NCBI GenBank assembly: GCA_950097015.1 | Contig: CATNEN010000029.1 | Span: 6,882,001 to 6,946,000 of the forward strand | Source: Macrostomum hystrix | Taxonomy: Eukaryota; Animalia; Platyhelminthes | Length of the DNA: 64,000 nt | Direction of reading: 5' to 3' | In this document: in pieces, positions 58,650 through 64,000 of the stretch | Position numbering within the stretch: position 1 is the first letter of the stretch | How the letters are laid out: each line of letters begins with the position of its first letter | Made by a program: the position numbers and the translations under genes | Notes under the pieces: generated by a model | What the model was told of the DNA's origin: nothing | The model's input: only the letters and a program-made list of their open reading frames with translations | The model's database searches: none

Positions 58650-59165
58650 TCGACTCAGTGGGCTGTCAAAACCAACCAGACATCCTCAGTGGGCTGTCAA
58701 AACCAACCAGACATCCTCAGTGGGCTGTCAAAACCTACCAGTCATTCCTAGCAAGCTTTCAAAACCTACAGTCATTCACAGTGGGCTGTCAAAACCTACC
58801 AGACATTCACAGTAGTCTGTCAAAACCTACCAGACATTCACAGTAGTCTGTCAAAACCTACAGTCATTCACAGTGGGCTGTCAAAACCTACCAGACATTC
58901 ACAGTAGTCTGTCAAAACCTACCAGAAATTCACAACGGGCTGTCAAAACCTACTAGACATTCACAGTAGTCTGTCAAAACCTACCAGAAATTCACAATGG
59001 GCTGTTAAAACCTACCAGTCATTCACAGTGGGCTGTCAAAACTTACCAGTCATTCACAGTGGGCTGTCAAAACCTACCAGTCATTCACAGTGGGCTGTCA
59101 AAACCTACCAGTCTTTCACAGCGGACTGTCAAAACCTACCAGACATCCACAGCGGGCTGTAAAAC
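58650..59165. repeat. 31-bp intronic minisatellite (CAGTGGGCTGTCAAAACCTACCAGTCATTCA)
   Basis: Direct periodicity. Confidence 0.93.
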
Positions 59166-59279
59166 AGACATACCCAGCAGTTTGTCACAATAATCCCCAG
59201 AACTCGAAATACAGACAGACTTCGAAAATCACTGCTGCCAAAATAACAATAAAACAATAGACGACAGTCTGGCACTCAC

Positions 59280-59736
59280 GAAGGACTCCTTGCGAAACAA
59301 TTCCAAATGGCCCTGCATAATATCTGCCACCATTGTCTGCAGCTGGGCGCAGTCAATGCTGGACACAATGATGCGCATTAAGTGCGGATTGTTTTGACAC
59401 TGGCTAGGAAAATTGCGAAACACATCAGGCAGCAGGTAGGCCAACAGCCGGGGATCGTCCTGCGCTAGCAGACTCAGATCTTTGAATAGGCAGGCACGCA
59501 GATCCGGATTCTCCTGACTTTTGACAAATTCTTTGTAGGCAACGAACCGATCGTCCTGACTCTGGGCCCGGTCAGCTTTGAGAAAGTAAAGCAGATAATA
59601 GCCAATGCGCGGGTGCCTGGCGGCCATCTCAGAGAGCAGCAGGTAGAGCGGCTGCCGTTTAGGATCATCCTCGGAGTATTGGCACAGAGTGCGGCAAATC
59701 ACAAATATTGGCGTGCTCACGCTGTCCTCCAGGCTT
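59280..59736 (-). CDS. INTS3: INTS3 exon (SLEDSVSTPIFVICR..PRIGYYLLYFL..IDCAQLQ..LFRKESF)
   Basis: Matches the recalled INTS3 P.IGYHLLYYL and IDSAQLQ..FRKDS. Phases 2/0. Confidence 0.92.
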
Positions 59737-59807
59737 CTGCAGGCGTCAATAGCATGGAGCGGCTGTTTGGCCTTGGATGATAACTACAGAATCTACTTCT
59801 ATCTTAC

Positions 59808-60262
59808 CAGACACCTTCTCCACCTTGCCTGTTGCCAGACACCTTCTCCACCTTGCCTGTTGCTAGACACCTTCTCCACCTTGCCTGTTGCCAGACACCT
59901 TCTCCACCTTGCCTGTTGCCAGACACCTTCTCCACCTTGCCTGTTACCAGACACCTTCTCCACCTTGCCTGTTGCCAGACACCTTCTCCACCTTGCCTGT
60001 TGCCAGACACCTTCTCCACCTTGCCTGTTGCTAGACAGCTTCTCCACCTTGCCTGTTACCAGACACCTTCTCCACCTTGACTGTTGCCAGACACCTTCTC
60101 TATCCGGCCTGATACCTTATCTATCCGGCCTGACACCTTCACTATTCGGGCTGATACCTTCTCAATCCGGCCTGACACCTTCTCTATCCGGCCTGATACC
60201 TTATCTATCCGGCCTGACACCTTCACTATTCGGGCTGACACCTTCTCTATCCGGCCTGACAC
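59808..60262. repeat. 28-bp array (TTGCCAGACACCTTCTCCACCTTGCCTG) abutting a related 21-bp array (TATCCGGCCTGACACCTTCTC)
   Basis: Direct periodicity, with a shared GACACCTTCTC core. Confidence 0.93.
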
Positions 60263-60583
60263 CATTATCACTGTGTATCTCCTCGATCATGCTAAGTCTC
60301 TATTCGCTTCACTGAACAACTACAATGTACTCTAAAAAAAGTAAACAATATGCGATTCCCGCCTACTTTCGACTTTGTGAGACTACGTACTAAAAAATGT
60401 AACCTGTAGATTTTTTACAACACTACGAACTTAATTTTCTAGTAAATTGTGCCCAACTCACATTTTTCTGGATTGTATACCCAATTCACTTTTTAAGAAA
60501 ATGTAATATCGCACAATGAAATTCTTTGTAAGAAAAAATATAGGACAAAGAAGTATTAGGCAGAAAAAGCCCTAGACACTCAC

Positions 60584-60748
60584 GCTGCGTCAGCCGAGTC
60601 AGCAGGGAAGATGGCCTCCTCAAGCTGGCTGTGACAGATCTCGCAGAGGCAGGTGGCAATGCGACGCGAAAAGTCCAGATCGATGTCCTCCTCTTCGATG
60701 ATGCCCTGCACCACCTGGTACATGATCTCGCACTGGGCCTCAGTGTCA
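60584..60748 (-). CDS. INTS3: INTS3 exon (SDTEAQCEIM..)
   Basis: SDTEAQCE motif. CCCGCAG acceptor, GTGAGT donor. Confidence 0.92.
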
Positions 60749-60769
60749 CTGCGGGAAAATACGGGATTC

Positions 60770-61170
60770 TATGTTTTTTTAGGATTCTAGATTGTTTAGG
60801 ATTCAGGACTGTGACTGGGATTCAGGATTGTGACATGGATTCAGGATTGTGACTGGGATTCAAGACTGTGACAGGGATTCCGGACTGTTACTGGGATTCA
60901 AGATTGTGAATGGGATTAAGGATTGTGACATGGATTCAGGATTGTGACTGGGATTCAGGATTGTGACATGGATTCAGGATTGTGACATGGATTCAGGATT
61001 GTGACATGGATTCAGGATTGCGACATGGATTCAGGATTGTGACTGGGATTCAGGACTGTGACATGGATTCAGGATTGCGACATGGATTCAGGATTGTGAC
61101 ATGGATTCAGGATTGCGACATGGATTCAGGATTGTTACTGGGATTCAGCACTGTGACATGGATTCAGGTT
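60770..61170. repeat. 19-bp minisatellite (GGATTCAGGATTGTGACAT)
   Basis: Direct periodicity. Confidence 0.94.
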
Positions 61171-61290
61171 CAGGCTTTTATGATTTTATTTAAATGATAT
61201 CTTGAAGCTCGAGACTTCAGTAAGGATCAATAGTTATTAAGGAATCGAAATGGGACTGTGACTAAGAGCGAAGAGGGATAATTTTAGCAC

Positions 61291-61820
61291 CTCTCATCGC
61301 GCAGCTGCATCAGACGGTCGCGCATGACTGGATCTAGCTGCTGCAGATAGGGCTTAATGTCCACCCGGTCCACCTGGTACTGGCAACGCAGCCGAAGCCG
61401 TTGGAAATCTCGCCTCAATTCGTGAAACGCTCCGCCTAATCCGCCGCCGGAACCACCGCCGCCGCCATTCTCCGCTTCAGACATTTCGGCGTCGCTAAAC
61501 TCGGCTGATTCTGAACGGCGGCGACCGGTAAATGCCGACTCCATCGGAACATCCTGATTGGCAGCTGGCGCAGCAGGAGGCGGAGGAGGCGCCGGGGGCA
61601 GGGCTAGAGGCGGTGGTGGCGGTGTCGCGGAACGCACAGCCGGTGAAGGATCTGGCGAAGCAGTTGAGATTGTTACAGGCGATTGCCGGCTAACCATAGG
61701 CGAAGCAGACGAAGAACCGGCGGACACCATGATGGCCGAATCGTAGATTGGGGTGGGCTGCAGATTGCCGACAACAGCGGAGGTGGGATCAGGCTGCTGC
61801 TGCCTGCTGCTGCTGCTCGT
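61291..61820 (-). CDS. INTS3: INTS3 exon with an expanded Pro/Ser/Gly-rich linker (..AEFSDAE..VDIKPYLQQLD..LRDE)
   Basis: Matches AAFSD and VDITPYLDQLD. Phases 0/2. Confidence 0.88.
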
Positions 61821-61936
61821 CTAACATAAGATAGATAAATGTTGGCGGTACTAATTTTACTGGCAGATAAATCAGTATGAGAGTACGAACTGTATACTGA
61901 CTCGCGATAATAATAATAACTGTTTACAAATGCCAC

Positions 61937-62190
61937 AATTAGACCAGATGTGCAGCCGACAGCACAGCCGCAGATCTGTTCAGCTGTTCAGTCCATGGAC
62001 TGGGGGACGCCAGACCGATCCTCAATCCTTAATTACCCCAGATAATGCTGGTACCCAAGCTGGGTGAACTGAAGCAATTCAGATTGAAGTATCTTGCTAA
62101 AGGACACAATTTATACTAGTTGATGACACGGAATCGAACCCCCGACCTTCGAGTCGTGCATCCGACGATACCCACAAGGCTATAACCTCC
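61937..62190 (-). mobile_element. tRNA-derived SINE copy in an INTS3 intron
   Basis: Collinear with 39143-39432. Confidence 0.83.
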
Positions 62191-62239
62191 TCTATTCTAG
62201 GTAGAGTATTACGAAATTAAAATAATTGATCAGACTCAC

Positions 62240-62819
62240 AACTGCAGCAGCGGGCGCTTGAGCTGGCACCAGATCCGAAAACGTGTGCCTAAGCAGGCTG
62301 TGCATCTGTTTGTCCATCTTGGCTAGATCGAATAAGTGGGCTAGGCTGTGCACCACTTTGCGCTCAACAGCAGCCACCAGGCAGAGCCGCAGATGCCGGC
62401 GCAGCTCGGCTGACATGGCCGGATAAAACTGATCGGCCAGTCTGCAGAGAAAGTCCAGCATGCCAACAGCCAGGTTCTGATGCTGCGAGCGGGCCAGGTT
62501 GTTCTGTATGACTAACACGCCCGGCTCAATGTTCATCAAGTTGTGCTGGGCCGGATCAAACATAAGCCAATCATAATACAGAGCCAGTTTCATATTGCAC
62601 ACAACAGTAGGCGATGTGCAGCTCAGCAATAGCCAGCTGATGAAGGCCCAGCGTTGAACTACTTCAGAGGCAATTGTCTCATTGGACGGATGCACCTGGG
62701 TGACTACGAAACGAATCCAATCTATGCGCAGGCTCTGCGACTCAGGAGTGCTCAGATACTTGCGAGTCAGCCAGTCCAGGTAGCGCTTGTGCGAGCCCAT
62801 GTGCACGAATTTTAGGTAC
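62240..62819 (-). CDS. INTS3: INTS3 exon (KRYLDW..YLSTPESQSLR..HPSNE..KLALYYDWL..MNIEP..LDFLCR)
   Basis: Highly conserved INTS3 N-terminal domain motifs. Confidence 0.95.
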
Positions 62820-63024
62820 CTAGTGGAAAATAATGTGAATTGATCATAGTTTGAATGACGAGATTATGATAAAATTATTTTTGAAATTATTATTATTACA
62901 CTCCTCAATTGTTACCCGCTCCTCAATTGTGGTAAAAATTCTGACCAGTCGTTACCCATTCGTGGCCTATAATTCATCATTACCATTGCCCATACGGTTT
63001 ACATACTCGTAATAACTATTACGA

Positions 63025-63370
63025 TCGGTTATTACCCGTTCCTGTATAAGCCCTGATAGGTCATTACCCGTTCCTGTATAAGCCCTGATCGGTCATTACC
63101 CGTTCCTGTATAAGCCCTGATCGGTCATTACCCGTTCCTGTATAAGCCCTGATCGGTCATTACCCGTTCCTGTATAAGCCCTGATCGGTCATTACCCGTT
63201 CCTGTTCAAGCACTGATCGGTTATTACCCGTTCCTGTATAAGCCCTGATCGGTCATTACCCGTTCCTGTATAAGCCCTGATCGGTCATTACCCGTTCCTG
63301 TTCAAGCACTGATCGGTTATTACCCGTTCCGGTATAAGCCCTGATAGGTCATTACCCGTTCCTGTATGAA
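63025..63370. repeat. 32-bp minisatellite (TCATTACCCGTTCCTGTATAAGCCCTGATCGG)
   Basis: Direct periodicity, with decayed copies on both sides. Confidence 0.94.
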
Positions 63371-63560
63371 CACTGTTTAGAAATTTATAAACGCTTGTCT
63401 TGTATAATCACTGATCGGTCATTAACCCTTCGCGAATAAAAAGGGATCGGTCATTACCTATTCAGGTCCAATCAATGAGTGGTCATTACCCATTCCAGTA
63501 TAAGCAATGATTAGTCATTACCATAGTCCATGTATAACACTAGATTCGAAGATGCCTCAC

Positions 63561-64000
63561 CATTTAATTCGCTGCTCCATGTCGTGGGTCAGGCGACTGA
63601 TGACGCATACGGGACTAGGCGGCTGAGACAGCAGCTGAGCTACGCCAGTAAATTTAGGCGACAGGCTAGCCGGCGAGTGAAGTATATCGGACCAGAGCTT
63701 CTCAAATTCTGGCAGTCTGGCCAAGTCTTGCAGCAGACGAAGCAGATCCCGGCCGATGCTCAAACAGTCTGTGAAATTGTCTCGCAGTAGAGGCACTACA
63801 AAATCGATTTCTCGCCTACGAAGCCGTTCAATTGTGGCTTGCTGGCCGTGACTAATAGGTGCGGCGTGATCAGCTATGAGTCTCAGGTAGGAATAGACGA
63901 CAACAGGTACTACAGCCTTTTTATCTAGCCAGTTGTGCCGATACTGCACTAGAATATCCAGTACAATCTCCACCAGCCAGAGATTCAATGGAGACAGATC
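63561..64000 (-). CDS. INTS3: INTS3 exon, cut by the window edge (NLWLVE..YSYLRLI.DH..IGRDLLRLLQDLARLPEFEKLW)
   Basis: Matches INTS3 IGRDLVRLLQ.VAR.PEFE.LW. GTGAGG donor. Confidence 0.94.

Overview
Eukaryotic (metazoan) genomic DNA with GT-AG introns, GC-rich exons, and introns largely filled by minisatellites. The style resembles a repeat-rich free-living flatworm genome such as Macrostomum, but this is inference. Genes: (1) the last two coding exons of an activin/TGF-beta type II receptor kinase (+, 1768-2922); (2) an intronless 74-aa hydrophobic ORF (-, 6584-6808); (3) a phosphodiesterase 8 gene (MGC N-terminus, REC, PAS, catalytic domain) on the - strand, 44371 to 12485, rebuilt as about 19 phase-consistent exons; (4) a 679-aa Ser/Gly-rich ORF with six NYxQxW-type repeats (-, 52568-54607); (5) the 3' part of INTS3 (-, 64000 to 57484), with an apparent +1 frameshift in its last exon. 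Mobile DNA: an intact 6.2-kb LOA-like non-LTR retrotransposon whose ORF1 and ORF2 are in frame and separated by one TAG, a FLYWCH-MULE deletion derivative, five tRNA-derived SINE copies, and several MITEs (TA, TTAA and 9-bp TSDs). About 28 tandem arrays are present, and many unrelated units share a TGACA(G) core. Most long ORFs in the supplied track are translations of these arrays. Coordinates were counted by hand, array limits are approximate, and homology calls come from recalled family motifs rather than database searches.
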